From a virus (taxonomy: Duplodnaviria > Caudoviricetes): a stretch of 64,000 nt of DNA. Shown here in pieces: positions 17,121 through 26,606 of this stretch. A program made the position numbers and the translations under genes. The notes beneath the pieces were generated by a model, which saw only the letters and a list, made by a program, of their open reading frames with translations, was not told where the DNA came from and ran no database searches. The stretch covers positions 160,001 to 224,000 of IMG/VR virus record IMGVR_UViG_3300049988_000245, one strand, 5' to 3'. Positions within the stretch are counted from its first letter, which is position 1; every line of letters starts with the position of its first letter.

Positions 17121-17791
17121 GGATTCGCGATCACTCCGATGGTCATCGCATGCACAAGGGCCATCGCCTCGGTGTGCGAGGCCGCCTCGTACGTGGTCGC
17201 CCAGGACGAGCCGTCATCGATCGCCCCATGCGGGTTCAGGGCCGGGCGAAACACCTTTCCGATCTTACGGTTGCCGCCATCCGTGATCATGTAGGTCCAC
17301 TTCGGCAGCACGGCGCGGAACAGCGCGACCGCCGCGTCCATGCTGGTCGTGTACTGCCACGCGAGCGGTGCCTTCACGGAGAAGGCATCATGAATCCGAT
17401 CGTCGAGTTGTCGGGACGGCTCCGGCGCGGTCGCCAGATCGGCCAACAGTTGATCGACCCCATAGAACGGACGGTCCACCATGACGAAGCCAGAGAGATG
17501 CGTCAGCGCGATGCCGATCTCGTCCTTGAAATTGATCGCGGCGGCCAAGAACTCGGCCAGCGCCAAGGTTTCGTCGCCGCCGGGAACCTCGACCAAGTCC
17601 ACGGGCAGGCCATTTGGCGCGGTGGAGCCGATGATGAACTTCTGGCTCCAGCCGCCCTCGGTGTCGCTATCGCTTTCGTATCGGACGCGTACCTGATCGT
17701 CCGGGACGCCGACTGCGGCGAGTCGTAGAAGCCGCTCGACCTTATCCCTGTCCAGCGGGCGCATCAGGGAAACTGGCTCGTGCGTGCTCAT
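17117..17791 (-). CDS. Hypothetical protein
   Basis: AAGGAG RBS; C-terminal YTTSMDAA..L....LP.W pattern seen in phage hypotheticals. Confidence 0.65.
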   Translation of the reverse strand: MSTHEPVSLMRPLDRDKVERLLRLAAVGVPDDQVRVRYESDSDTEGGWSQKFIIGSTAPNGLPVDLVEVPGGDETLALAEFLAAAINFKDEIGIALTHLSGFVMVDRPFYGVDQLLADLATAPEPSRQLDDRIHDAFSVKAPLAWQYTTSMDAAVALFRAVLPKWTYMITDGGNRKIGKVFRPALNPHGAIDDGSSWATTYEAASHTEAMALVHAMTIGVIANP

Positions 17792-17800
17792 GTCCGCTCC

Positions 17801-18001
17801 TTATTGACGTCGGCGCTCTTCCACCGACATGTTGCACCAGTGGGTCCAGCCGATGGTCCACTCGGATTCCTTCGTCGCGTCTGTTAGGACGACGACGTAC
17901 CCGGACTTCGCATCCCCTCGGACATTCGCCACGTGGGTGCGGTTCTCCCGATTGGGATCGTACGGGCGATTGTTCGCGTTCGGATCGAAGATGTCAGCCA
18001 T
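17801..18001 (-). CDS. Hypothetical protein
   Basis: Fills the operon gap; start uncertain (18001 or 18022). Confidence 0.5.
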   Translation of the reverse strand: MADIFDPNANNRPYDPNRENRTHVANVRGDAKSGYVVVLTDATKESEWTIGWTHWCNMSVEERRRQ

Positions 18002-18018
18002 TGGCGGTTCAGTCCAGT

Positions 18019-18639
18019 TCAAACAAACGTCATGGTAAACGGGTCGAACGTCTTTCGGGGCGTCAGCGGGGTCTTCGAGATTTCAACGAAGATACTACGC
18101 AGCGTCATGAGGGTTTCTCCCAGGAGGTTCTGCCCCCGCCAGTTCGCCTTGTTCTCGATTTTCGGGTCCGACCAATCCAGGCCGACGCCCCAGATTCGAT
18201 CATAGCTTGCGCCCTCGACGAGGAGACGATGCTCCGTATTCATGAGCGTCGCCAAGGCAGAGGCGTTCTGGGAGAACTTGTAATAATTCCCCGTTAAAAC
18301 CGCTGGGAGACATTCGGCCTCCCACTTGGCTTGATCGAACGGCATCACGTCGCGCCCGGCCGCTTTCTGCGCACGAGGGACGTCCTGAAACTTGCCCCGC
18401 TTTCCGCCCTCGAAATACGCGGTGTTCCCCTCGGGCGGTTGGATCGTCAGGATGCGTTTGAGTGTGTCCACGTCGCCGAACAGATGCGCTTTACGCGCCA
18501 TCATGTACTGCTCGGCGCAGTTGAACTCCATCTCGGGCATATCCGGGGTGAGGCGTCCTGTGAACAGGGTCGCGGACCATTGCGAGAATACTCCGCCGAG
18601 GAAATAGACGGCGTCCTCGGTGATACGTTGGCTGGTCAT
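18019..18639 (-). CDS. NADAR family (YbiA-like) N-glycosidase
   Basis: FSQW, FNCAEQYMMARKA.LFGD, QKAAGR.V..FD..KW, GNYYKFSQN, LVEGASYDRIWGVGL, WRGQNLLGETLM. Confidence 0.93.
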   Translation of the reverse strand: MTSQRITEDAVYFLGGVFSQWSATLFTGRLTPDMPEMEFNCAEQYMMARKAHLFGDVDTLKRILTIQPPEGNTAYFEGGKRGKFQDVPRAQKAAGRDVMPFDQAKWEAECLPAVLTGNYYKFSQNASALATLMNTEHRLLVEGASYDRIWGVGLDWSDPKIENKANWRGQNLLGETLMTLRSIFVEISKTPLTPRKTFDPFTMTFV

Positions 18640-18648
18640 GTGAGCGTC

Positions 18649-18924
18649 CTATGAGCCGCGCGCCGCGACGAGCGCCTTGAAGGCGGTCTCGCGCTGATCG
18701 AGCAGCAGGCTGGTGGCGACTTCCGCTCCGCGCAGCTTGCGCCGGGTCGCGAAGAACGTTTCCACGTAGGGCTGGTAGGCTTCGGGATTGTCCGGCGCGA
18801 CGTTGCGCAGTTCGTGGAGCGCCTTATTGTGAGCGTCCCGAATCGTCTCCACCTTGCGCCACTGCTTCTGGTACGCCTTGTTGGCGTCGTCGTAGGCTTT
18901 CTGCTCAGTCTCGTACACGTTCAT
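18649..18924 (-). CDS. Hypothetical coiled-coil protein
   Basis: MNVYETEQK start overlapping the upstream stop. Confidence 0.55.
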   Translation of the reverse strand: MNVYETEQKAYDDANKAYQKQWRKVETIRDAHNKALHELRNVAPDNPEAYQPYVETFFATRRKLRGAEVATSLLLDQRETAFKALVAARGS

Positions 18925-19160
18925 GATTCGGGGCTTTCGTCGGAGGGGACTTCCCATCCGGCGAGCCCGTACAGGATAGTCAGGTGCTCGGGGCTCAGGT
19001 CTTCCGCGACGAACTCCAACGGTCCATCGCTGTCCTTCTTCAGCTTGATCTTGTTGGTCTTGCACAGGGGTAGAATGGTCCCTGGCGACAGGATCACGTG
19101 AGACCCGTCCTGGCGAGCCAGACGGTCCTCAGCGGCGTCCTGAACGATGTAGAGGGTCAT
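18921..19160 (-). CDS. Hypothetical protein
   Basis: ATGA-type overlaps on both sides. Confidence 0.6.
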   Translation of the reverse strand: MTLYIVQDAAEDRLARQDGSHVILSPGTILPLCKTNKIKLKKDSDGPLEFVAEDLSPEHLTILYGLAGWEVPSDESPES

Positions 19161-19321
19161 TCGGATTCTCGTTTCTTCTTGTGGGCCTCCGCCTGCTCGT
19201 ACAGGTCTCCGAACAGCACGCCCATCACGATCATGCAGACGGATAGGAACATGCCCTTGAACGACTGGTCGTAAGCCAGGATCGCGAGGGCAAGAATCTG
19301 AACCATTCGGGTGTCGAGCAT
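19157..19321 (-). CDS. Small membrane protein
   Basis: MLDTRMVQILALAILAY..; two hydrophobic stretches; GAGGG RBS. Confidence 0.5.
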   Translation of the reverse strand: MLDTRMVQILALAILAYDQSFKGMFLSVCMIVMGVLFGDLYEQAEAHKKKRESE

Positions 19322-19331
19322 GGGATTCCCC

Positions 19332-20051
19332 TCAGAGGGTGCCTTCGACGGCAACCAGACGATCGAGGCCGACTGCGACCTCCAGCACGCGAACATCCTC
19401 GACCGGAAAGTCCGTGCGCGTCGAGATCGAGCACATCTCTTTCCACTTCTCCGTCGATCCCGGATGCGTGTAAGGGACCTCGACATCGTTGGTGATCTCG
19501 GAATAGGCGGGGAGCCGATCGCTCGGGATGATTCGCGTCTCACGAACACCCGTGATCTTGCGAATCGCCTCAGCGATCACCGGCTCGACTGCCGCACGGT
19601 AGTCGGCCTTCGAGTTGGCCTTGTACGCGCACTGGAATTCGAGTTGGTAGAATTCGTTGTAGCGCAGATTCGAGGCGGTCGCACCATCCATGGCTTCGAC
19701 CCGGAAGCTCTTACCCGCCTGCCACACGCACACGGGATACCGGACGAGGCCGCGATCGAGCAACGCCTTCAGGTAGAGGTAGGAGGATGCGGTGGTCTCC
19801 GCCCGCAACGCTGCCTGATCCTCGCCCAGCTTGGCGTTGAGCAGGAAGATGTCCGAGTCGTCATAGGCGGACGAGATGTACTGGCGCGGCGTCAGGAGCG
19901 GACCCTCGACCCGGTGGAACGACCAAGCGGAGTTCAGCCCGGTCAGGGCGCTGGAGAGCGCCCCGACTATCCGGGTGATTGCCTGCTCGCGAATCATGAT
20001 CTCGCGTTCGGTCCAGAAGGGCAGGCCGCCCTTGCCGTAGAGTGCGTCCAC
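19332..20051 (-). CDS. Minimal class II aminoacyl-tRNA synthetase-like catalytic core (GlyRS/Pro/Thr/Ser subclass IIa-like), no anticodon-binding domain
   Basis: GLPFW, VEGPLLTP, LRAETTAS, motif 2 QAGKSFRVE..LRYNEFYQLEFQ, EMCSISTR, motif 3 EVAVGLDRLV; 239 aa. Confidence 0.8.
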   Translation of the reverse strand: MDALYGKGGLPFWTEREIMIREQAITRIVGALSSALTGLNSAWSFHRVEGPLLTPRQYISSAYDDSDIFLLNAKLGEDQAALRAETTASSYLYLKALLDRGLVRYPVCVWQAGKSFRVEAMDGATASNLRYNEFYQLEFQCAYKANSKADYRAAVEPVIAEAIRKITGVRETRIIPSDRLPAYSEITNDVEVPYTHPGSTEKWKEMCSISTRTDFPVEDVRVLEVAVGLDRLVAVEGTL

Positions 20052-20095
20052 TGTCGGGTTCCTCGAAATTGGTACGACGAATTTGTAGCACCAAT

Positions 20096-20443
20096 TCAGG
20101 CGACGATGCTACCCGCCCGCGTGGCCATATCCGCATAGACGGAGATCGGGTGCTTGGCCTGGAAGTGGATGTCCCGCTCCACCGGTAGTCCCACGGCGCC
20201 GTGAATCGATTCGAGTTCCGAGAGAAGAACCGAACCAAGCTCCGGGCACCCCAGGCCGAGATCGCACAGACCGAATAGGATGTCCGGTTCCTGCTCGTCC
20301 ATCTCGGTGATCAGCCACGTGGCAGCGCCGTCCGGGGTAAAGAACTTCACCACGGGCTTGTGATCGTCCTCGCCCCCGGACTTCTCGGAGGCTCGGCCGT
20401 TCGCGAGCAGGGCTGCACGAATCTCTTCGGTGATCAGGATCAT
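20096..20443 (-). CDS. DUF2958 family protein
   Basis: DHKPVVKFFTPDGAATWLITE.D..PDILFGLCDLGLGCPELGSV.LSEL....G..GLPVERD.HF. Confidence 0.9.
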   Translation of the reverse strand: MILITEEIRAALLANGRASEKSGGEDDHKPVVKFFTPDGAATWLITEMDEQEPDILFGLCDLGLGCPELGSVLLSELESIHGAVGLPVERDIHFQAKHPISVYADMATRAGSIVA

Positions 20444-21246
20444 CGGAATTTTCTCCCCATCATCATGAGCGGGTGGTGGAAGTGGGGGTTACCACGACGG
20501 TGCATGTCCATGGCCATCATGAGTGCCATCTCGGGGTTGTTGCGAAACGCCCAGGGATTCTGGCGCATTAGTTTGCGCGTTTCGCGCTGATGCTCGGTCT
20601 CCGTGACGATGTTGGAGCCGGGCGGCACCGGAATGGCACCGGATTTCAGACTGACGTAGCCGATGAACCGGAACGTGCGGGGCTTGAACTCCTTCACCCG
20701 AACCTTGGTCTTGAACGGCCGGTTGATCGGGACGATCTTGTCTTCCGCCTTGATCCACTGCTGTATATTCCACGTGTACGCGCCGCTCCGACACGTTGCA
20801 CGGATGTACATCTTCGGCTCGACATGCGTGATCGTGTACCGCTCTTGAGGAATGTGATCGGAAACGAAAAAGCAGTCCCCAACCTTCGGAAGCTTCGGCT
20901 CGATCGGCTCCAGCAGGGTGCGGTCGTACAGCAGCGACACGGGGAGTTTCACCTCGACGCCCGTGATGATGGCCTCGAACAGCACCTGTGGGCGGTTATT
21001 GAGGAGTTTCCCGGACGACCTGACATCCAAGTAGCGGCCCGCGACGACCAGCGACTTCTTGCCCATCTGCTCGACGATCGCCTCGACGAGATCACCACGC
21101 GTCGCGCCGCGACCGTAGTACGCCTTGATTTCGGGTGCGCAGATTTCCGCGAACCGCTGCATGTTGACGATCCGATACACCGTACCGGGCACGCCCTCGT
21201 GGGGCGCCATGAGGGCGGCCTTCTCCGCCTTTTTGAGCCTTGCCAT
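20440..21246 (-). CDS. Hypothetical protein
   Basis: Long ORF in an operon, with overlap to the next gene. Confidence 0.65.
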   Translation of the reverse strand: MARLKKAEKAALMAPHEGVPGTVYRIVNMQRFAEICAPEIKAYYGRGATRGDLVEAIVEQMGKKSLVVAGRYLDVRSSGKLLNNRPQVLFEAIITGVEVKLPVSLLYDRTLLEPIEPKLPKVGDCFFVSDHIPQERYTITHVEPKMYIRATCRSGAYTWNIQQWIKAEDKIVPINRPFKTKVRVKEFKPRTFRFIGYVSLKSGAIPVPPGSNIVTETEHQRETRKLMRQNPWAFRNNPEMALMMAMDMHRRGNPHFHHPLMMMGRKFR

Positions 21247-21269
21247 GAGAATCGCCCCCGCTCGGTGTG

Positions 21270-21761
21270 TTAGATGAGAAGGCCCGCCAGGGTGTGGAAA
21301 TTCTTGGCGACCCGCTTCTGCTGATCGACCATGTCCTTGCCCACCGAGACTCGCGTCTGTTCGTGCGCGTAGTCACGGGCCATCTGCCAGAGCAGATCGA
21401 GCTTCGGATGATCGGCCAGACGAAGCTCCTCGGCCAACGCCGCCTTGAGCCGAGCGTTGCCGTCATCGATCAGGCGATTGTTCTCCTCGTGCTCAGCCGC
21501 CACCTCGGCGCGCTCCGAATTGTACGCGGAGAGCACCAGCGGCAGAGCCAGAGCTTCGTCCGGGGTCAGTTCAACCGCCGGTTTGAGAAGAAGCTCCGGC
21601 ACGACCGGGTCAGTTGCCCTCAGGATGACCGGGGCGAATTCGCCCCGGCGAACGCGGTCTTCGACCGTCAGGTGTGCCGGAATCGTTTCGATTTCGAAAT
21701 CATCCGAACCCCATCCGGCTACGATGGAAAGACCTATCATGCTCAATCCGATACCGTGCAT
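21270..21761 (-). CDS. Hypothetical protein (tandem paralogue of 21772-22146)
   Basis: GAGG RBS; HPKLDLLWQMARDYAH motif. Confidence 0.65.
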   Translation of the reverse strand: MHGIGLSMIGLSIVAGWGSDDFEIETIPAHLTVEDRVRRGEFAPVILRATDPVVPELLLKPAVELTPDEALALPLVLSAYNSERAEVAAEHEENNRLIDDGNARLKAALAEELRLADHPKLDLLWQMARDYAHEQTRVSVGKDMVDQQKRVAKNFHTLAGLLI

Positions 21762-21771
21762 CGCAGTTTCC

Positions 21772-22146
21772 TCACTTCACGAGTTCGACAAGATCGTCGT
21801 AGTAGCTGGCGATTTCTTCCTTGCCCGCGCTGTGGCCGAGACTGTATGCCTTGCTGTAGAGAAGGTCGGCCTTCGGGTGTCCGGTCATCCCGTGGTACTC
21901 GTGGAGCGCATCCACGAAGGCGTTCTCGCAGGCACTGGCCTGGGTCTGGTAGACGGTCTTGGCCTCCTCGTACGCAGCCTTGTCCGCCGCATACTGCGCG
22001 CGAACCTCCGGGATGCTGGCGATCTCGGCGTCGGAAAGCTCCTTAGCGGACTTGCGGAGGATGGCGGGCTCCTTGACCCGGAACGGGTAGGGAGCGGTCG
22101 GCTTGAACTCGTCGTTGCGGATGCGGGTGGTGATGTCGTCGCTCAT
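21772..22146 (-). CDS. Hypothetical protein
   Basis: AAGGGAG RBS; HPKADLLYSKAYSLGH motif. Confidence 0.7.
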   Translation of the reverse strand: MSDDITTRIRNDEFKPTAPYPFRVKEPAILRKSAKELSDAEIASIPEVRAQYAADKAAYEEAKTVYQTQASACENAFVDALHEYHGMTGHPKADLLYSKAYSLGHSAGKEEIASYYDDLVELVK

Positions 22147-22172
22147 GTCCGTGCTCCCTTGCTGATTCATCG

Positions 22173-22200
22173 AATATACACTGATTCGAGAGGCCGTCAA
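22173..22200 (-). promoter_or_regulatory. sigma70-like promoter, 16-nt spacer
   Basis: TTGACG-N16-TATATT heading the leftward operon. Confidence 0.6.
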
Positions 22201-22282
22201 CTCGATTTCGTTACACGAAAATAGTTAATTTCCATTCATCCTGCTAGTCTGACTACATTCATTAAAGTGATTGTAGATTCAG

Positions 22283-23509
22283 ATGTTTTATCCGTTTCCT
22301 GCCAGCTTAGGGCTGGGTGAAGTCCGTCAGGCCATCAAGGTTGCCAACGAACGTCTTGGTCGAGTCTGCTTTATCGAGGCAGACCGTGGGGATCACGTGA
22401 TCTTCAACTATGTTCTGTCGTTCAACGATACCTTCCCCCAGCCGGACACGGAAGACGAGGCAGTGAATCGCGAGTATGCGATCCTGCGTGAATGCCGTGG
22501 TCTTGTGTTCGACAAGACCTATGGGGTGGTTCTTTCGCGTCGCTATCACAAGTTTTTCAACATCAATGAGAAGAGCTTCACCCAATCCCATCTGATCGAC
22601 TGGACCCAGCCGCATGTGATCTTGGAAAAACTCGACGGCTCGATGATCGCCCCCTACCCGCACTCGGGCCGTCCCGGTGGGATCGCCTGGGGGACCAAGA
22701 TGGGAGCCACCGACGTATCGCTGCCGGTCGAAGAGTTCGTCGAGAAGAATCCGCAGTACCGGACGCTGTTCTTCGAATTGTACGAGCGTGGGTTCACCCC
22801 GCTGTTCGAATGGTGCTCGCGCAAGCAGAAGATCGTCATCGACTATAAGACGGATCGCCTCGTGTTGACCGGGGTCCGTTCGATCTATTCGGGCGAGTAC
22901 GCCTCGCATGAGGCCCTGGTGGGGTTTGGCCTCACCTACGGGGTCGAGGTGGTGCGCGCGCTTCCCGGTTCGGTCGAGAACATCGAACAATTCATGGCCG
23001 AAGCTTATGCGGTCGAGGATGAAGAGGGATACATCATCCGGTTCGAGAACGGCCACATGCTGAAGATCAAGGGTCTTTGGTACTGCCAGATTCATCGGAC
23101 CAAGGACAATCTGACCCGCGAGAAAGACGTGTGGCGGATGATTTTGGACGACAATCTAGATGATGTGAAGCCGTTCATGGACCCGGACGATCGGGCTCGT
23201 GTGGATGCGTATGTTGAGGCGTTCGAATCCCGCATCGCCGAGCGCGGTGCCTTCCTCCAGCTTCACGTGGACGTCGCCAAGGCGGTCGGCAACGACAAGA
23301 AGGCATTCGCGAGTAGCCTGAAGGATATCCATCCGATGGATCGCGGGTTGCTGTTCTCCATCTGGGATGGTCATGATCCGAAGGATTGCGTCCGTGAACT
23401 CCTGAAGAAGAACTCTTACACCGGAACCAAAATTGAAAATGTACGTCGAATGATCAATGGTCTACGTTGGGATGATTACCGCGATCATAACGTGATTCTC
23501 GACGCTTAA
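22283..23509 (+). CDS. T4 Rnl1/RnlA-like RNA ligase
   Basis: RECRGLVFD, RRYHKFFNINE, motif I EKLDGSMI, LFEW, EGYIIRF, MLKIK..WY..IH. Confidence 0.9.
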   Translation: MFYPFPASLGLGEVRQAIKVANERLGRVCFIEADRGDHVIFNYVLSFNDTFPQPDTEDEAVNREYAILRECRGLVFDKTYGVVLSRRYHKFFNINEKSFTQSHLIDWTQPHVILEKLDGSMIAPYPHSGRPGGIAWGTKMGATDVSLPVEEFVEKNPQYRTLFFELYERGFTPLFEWCSRKQKIVIDYKTDRLVLTGVRSIYSGEYASHEALVGFGLTYGVEVVRALPGSVENIEQFMAEAYAVEDEEGYIIRFENGHMLKIKGLWYCQIHRTKDNLTREKDVWRMILDDNLDDVKPFMDPDDRARVDAYVEAFESRIAERGAFLQLHVDVAKAVGNDKKAFASSLKDIHPMDRGLLFSIWDGHDPKDCVRELLKKNSYTGTKIENVRRMINGLRWDDYRDHNVILDA

Positions 23510-23526
23510 TATTTTTGGAGTATTTG

Positions 23527-23658
23527 ATGATTCAAGATTTGAAGGTTCTCGCCCTTGGCGTTGTTGTGGGTTGCCTCGCTCTGGCGGCGTGTTTTGCCAC
23601 GTACACGATGACGACCCCGGATGGTGCCGAGCGCGCCGCCTACGTCGAGGTCCCGTGA
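23527..23658 (+). CDS. Small membrane peptide (43 aa)
   Basis: Hand-translated MIQDLKVLALGVVVGCLALAACFATY..; GGAG RBS; TGATG overlap with agmatinase. Confidence 0.55.
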   Translation: MIQDLKVLALGVVVGCLALAACFATYTMTTPDGAERAAYVEVP

Positions 23659-24557
23659 TGGAAAAGCCGTTCCAGGGCCTTTCGACGTTCCTGAAGTCGC
23701 CCGTCAACGACGCCTCGCGCAAGATCGGCGTTATGGGTTTGCCGTTTGACGGCGCCACCTCGTACCGGCCCGGTGCGCGGTTCGCACCGAACGCGATCCG
23801 TGAAGCCTCCATGATGCTCACCGATGGCGGCCACCCGACGCTGAAGGTCGATCCATGCCAGTTCGTCACCGATCTCGGCGACGTGCCGGTGTCGAACCTT
23901 AATGTCGCAAAGAGCCTAGAGCAGATCGAGGAAGCGATTCATGCGAGCCCGTTCTACCGGGACCCGTCGAAGCGTCTTATGTTCATGGGCGGAGACCACA
24001 CGGTAACCACGGGAATCCTGCGCGCCATTGCGCCGGATCACGAAGACCTGCAAGTTCTCCATCTCGACGCCCATTGCGACACCTGGGCGGACCATTTCGG
24101 TGATCCGCTCGGCCACGGCACCTGGGTGCGCAATGTGGTTGAGGAGAAGCTGGTTAAGCCGGAGAACATCCTTCAGGTCGGCATTCGCTCGCCCGTGGAC
24201 CCGGAGACCCGCAACTGGCTTGGCGAACGCCATGGCCGGGTCATCTCGGCGCGTTCAGCCCTCAAGATGGGCGCCGATGTGATCGTTCAGAACCAGATTC
24301 CGAGGGACAAGCCCCTCTACATTAGCCTGGACATCGACTGCCTCGACCCCGCCTACGCCCCCGGTACGGGAACCCCTGAGATCGCCGGGCTGACCCCGCA
24401 TTTCGTCCTCGATATGCTGGAGAGCTTGAAGCACCACAACATTGTCGGGATGGACCTTGTTGAGGTCAATCCGATGTTCGATCCCACCAAGATCACCGCG
24501 CTCGCGGGTGCCACGTTCATGTGGACCGTGGCCAGCATGATGGCGTGGCTTCCGTGA
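23658..24557 (+). CDS. speB: Agmatinase (ureohydrolase family)
   Basis: GLPFDGATSYRPGARFAP..IR, GGDH, HLDAHCD, SLDIDCLDPAYAPGTGTPE, DLVEVNP. Confidence 0.92.
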   Translation: MEKPFQGLSTFLKSPVNDASRKIGVMGLPFDGATSYRPGARFAPNAIREASMMLTDGGHPTLKVDPCQFVTDLGDVPVSNLNVAKSLEQIEEAIHASPFYRDPSKRLMFMGGDHTVTTGILRAIAPDHEDLQVLHLDAHCDTWADHFGDPLGHGTWVRNVVEEKLVKPENILQVGIRSPVDPETRNWLGERHGRVISARSALKMGADVIVQNQIPRDKPLYISLDIDCLDPAYAPGTGTPEIAGLTPHFVLDMLESLKHHNIVGMDLVEVNPMFDPTKITALAGATFMWTVASMMAWLP

Positions 24558-25258
24558 AGCTCGCCTACATCAGCGACCTTCATTTGGAAAATCGTCCCGG
24601 TGTGGCCATCCCCCTTCTAGAAGGGAAGTGGCATCGTCTCATCGAAATCGGCTTCCCCGCGCAGATTGAGGCAGACGTGATCGTGATTGCCGGGGACGTG
24701 CACAAGAACCCCGCGTTCCGCCGTGTTGTCTACAAGGGTATCTCAGACACCTATGGGGTGCCGGTGATCGCGGTCGATGGGAACCACGACGTGTATGGTC
24801 GGGACTTCCCGGCCAATCACGCCGGGGTGGCCACGGAGATCAAAGGGGTGCGGTTCGCCGTCACCACGTTGTGGACCCATTTGGGCGTGCTGGATCAGTC
24901 GATCGCTCACGAGTTCATGGATTTTCGGCAGATCAGCGCGCTCGACCCATTGACGTGGAATCAGACTCACGCGATGCAGTTGGAGTTTCTGCGCCAGTCC
25001 GGCGCCGATGTGTTCGTGACCCACCACACGCCGTCGAGCCGATCCTCCCATCCACGATTTGCGAGCAATCCGTTTAACGGTTTCTTTACCAACGATCTCG
25101 ATCTAAGCCAATTTGGTGGACTGAAATTGTGGGTCCATGGGCATGTGCACGATGAATGGGATTACATCGAGCAGGGAATCAGGGTAGTTTGTAATCCTCT
25201 GGGATACCCCATGGAGCTTCATCGACGTGGAGCACAGATCAAAATCATAGAGGTGTAA
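24554..25258 (+). CDS. Calcineurin-like metallophosphoesterase
   Basis: ISDLHLE, IAGD, DGNHD, VTHHTP, WVHGHVH, NPLGYP. Confidence 0.9.
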   Translation: MKLAYISDLHLENRPGVAIPLLEGKWHRLIEIGFPAQIEADVIVIAGDVHKNPAFRRVVYKGISDTYGVPVIAVDGNHDVYGRDFPANHAGVATEIKGVRFAVTTLWTHLGVLDQSIAHEFMDFRQISALDPLTWNQTHAMQLEFLRQSGADVFVTHHTPSSRSSHPRFASNPFNGFFTNDLDLSQFGGLKLWVHGHVHDEWDYIEQGIRVVCNPLGYPMELHRRGAQIKIIEV

Positions 25259-25995
25259 TGCGTAGCTTGATGATCTTCTCCGGAGCGGGTATTTCGGCCG
25301 ACTCTGGCATTCGAACGTTTCGCGACTCTGATGGTCTCTGGGAGAACCATTCGATCGAGCAGGTTTGCACGGCATCGACGTGGAAGCGGAATCCAGAGAT
25401 GGTGCACGCGTTCTACAACGCCCGCCGCCTCGAACTGGTCGCCTGCGAGCCCAACCCGGCCCACCATATGGTGCGGCGGATTCAGCAGCGCTACCCGGAT
25501 GCGTCGATCATCACGCAGAACGTCGATGACTTGTTCGAGAAGGCCGGGTGCGAGAACGTCGTCCACGTCCACGGTCGGCTTACCGACATGAAGTGCGAAC
25601 ACTGCGCACGCAAGTTCGACATCGGCAACCGAGCCTGGGACTACCAGACGGAGTGCTGCCAGTGCGGGTGCCGCAAGGGTGTGCGTCCGGGCATCGTGAT
25701 GTTCGGCGACGACGCCCCGCTGTACTCGGTTATGTACCGGCGGATCGAGCAGGTGAAGCATACCACGGGGGTGCTCGTGGTGATCGGTACGTCCGGACAG
25801 GTGGTTCCGATCGGCGAGATGGCCGAAGACCTTCCCGGCATGACGATCCTCTCGAATCTTGAGACCGCCAAACAGCCGGATGCGCCCTACATCCCCTACA
25901 CGGCAGACTACCAGTTCAAGAAGGTTCTTCACGGTCGCGCCTCGGAGATGGCTCCGGCGATCGAGGAAGCCATTATCACGGCGATGGAGACCTGA
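25258..25995 (+). CDS. Sir2/CobB-like NAD-dependent deacylase
   Basis: FSGAGISADSGIRTFRD..GLW, PNPAH, TQNVDDL.E.AG, HVHG, CxxC..CxC zinc site, RPGIVMFG, IGTS. Confidence 0.93.
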   Translation: MRSLMIFSGAGISADSGIRTFRDSDGLWENHSIEQVCTASTWKRNPEMVHAFYNARRLELVACEPNPAHHMVRRIQQRYPDASIITQNVDDLFEKAGCENVVHVHGRLTDMKCEHCARKFDIGNRAWDYQTECCQCGCRKGVRPGIVMFGDDAPLYSVMYRRIEQVKHTTGVLVVIGTSGQVVPIGEMAEDLPGMTILSNLETAKQPDAPYIPYTADYQFKKVLHGRASEMAPAIEEAIITAMET

Positions 25996-25998
25996 CAT

Positions 25999-26328
25999 AT
26001 GGCAGAAGGTTATCTCGGACAGTTTCCCGTCGATGTTCGGGAGACGATGTTCGCCGACTTCTCGAACGCCGATTGGGCGATGTACTTCATCGAGCGATAC
26101 GGCGGCATCGACGGGGCTAACCATAAGGATTGGGTCCTCGATCAGGTTTCGCGCATCCTCAAGGGGACGCCCGTGATCGTCGAGGAGGCCCGGTGGGAGG
26201 GCGGACTCAAGGAATTCCGTGTCCGCACGGGTGACCCGTCCCAGCGTTACCTCGCCTGGGTCGTTGAGATTAAGAATGGCGAGGACGGGCCGGACACGTA
26301 CGATTACGAGGAAGGGACACCCCCATGA
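25999..26328 (+). CDS. Conserved phage hypothetical protein
   Basis: YGGIDG..HK.WVLDQV.RIL..Y..WV...K.GEDGP.TY.Y.EG.PP pattern. Confidence 0.7.
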   Translation: MAEGYLGQFPVDVRETMFADFSNADWAMYFIERYGGIDGANHKDWVLDQVSRILKGTPVIVEEARWEGGLKEFRVRTGDPSQRYLAWVVEIKNGEDGPDTYDYEEGTPP

Positions 26329-26606
26329 TGCCACCTGTCACCAAGATACTCTGGGACACCGCCGTGGTGTTCTTCCGATTCGTCGGGGTCTTCATCGAAT
26401 GGCTGTTCGATTGGGGGTTCGAGCGCAAGGAATTCTATGTCCTGCGTGGGGACCAGCGTACCCTGGTGTGTTGGTGCACGGAGAACGGCCCGCCCCCGAG
26501 AATGCCAGAGCGGTTGAAGCCGCTCAAGATCGTCCTCCCCGGCTGGAGCGCGTTCACGCGGCTTCCCCACATCCGGGAGTACGCGGTCCGCTACAAGTGG
26601 CTGTGA
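26325..26606 (+). CDS. Hypothetical protein
   Basis: ATGA overlap with the preceding gene. Confidence 0.55.
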   Translation: MMPPVTKILWDTAVVFFRFVGVFIEWLFDWGFERKEFYVLRGDQRTLVCWCTENGPPPRMPERLKPLKIVLPGWSAFTRLPHIREYAVRYKWL

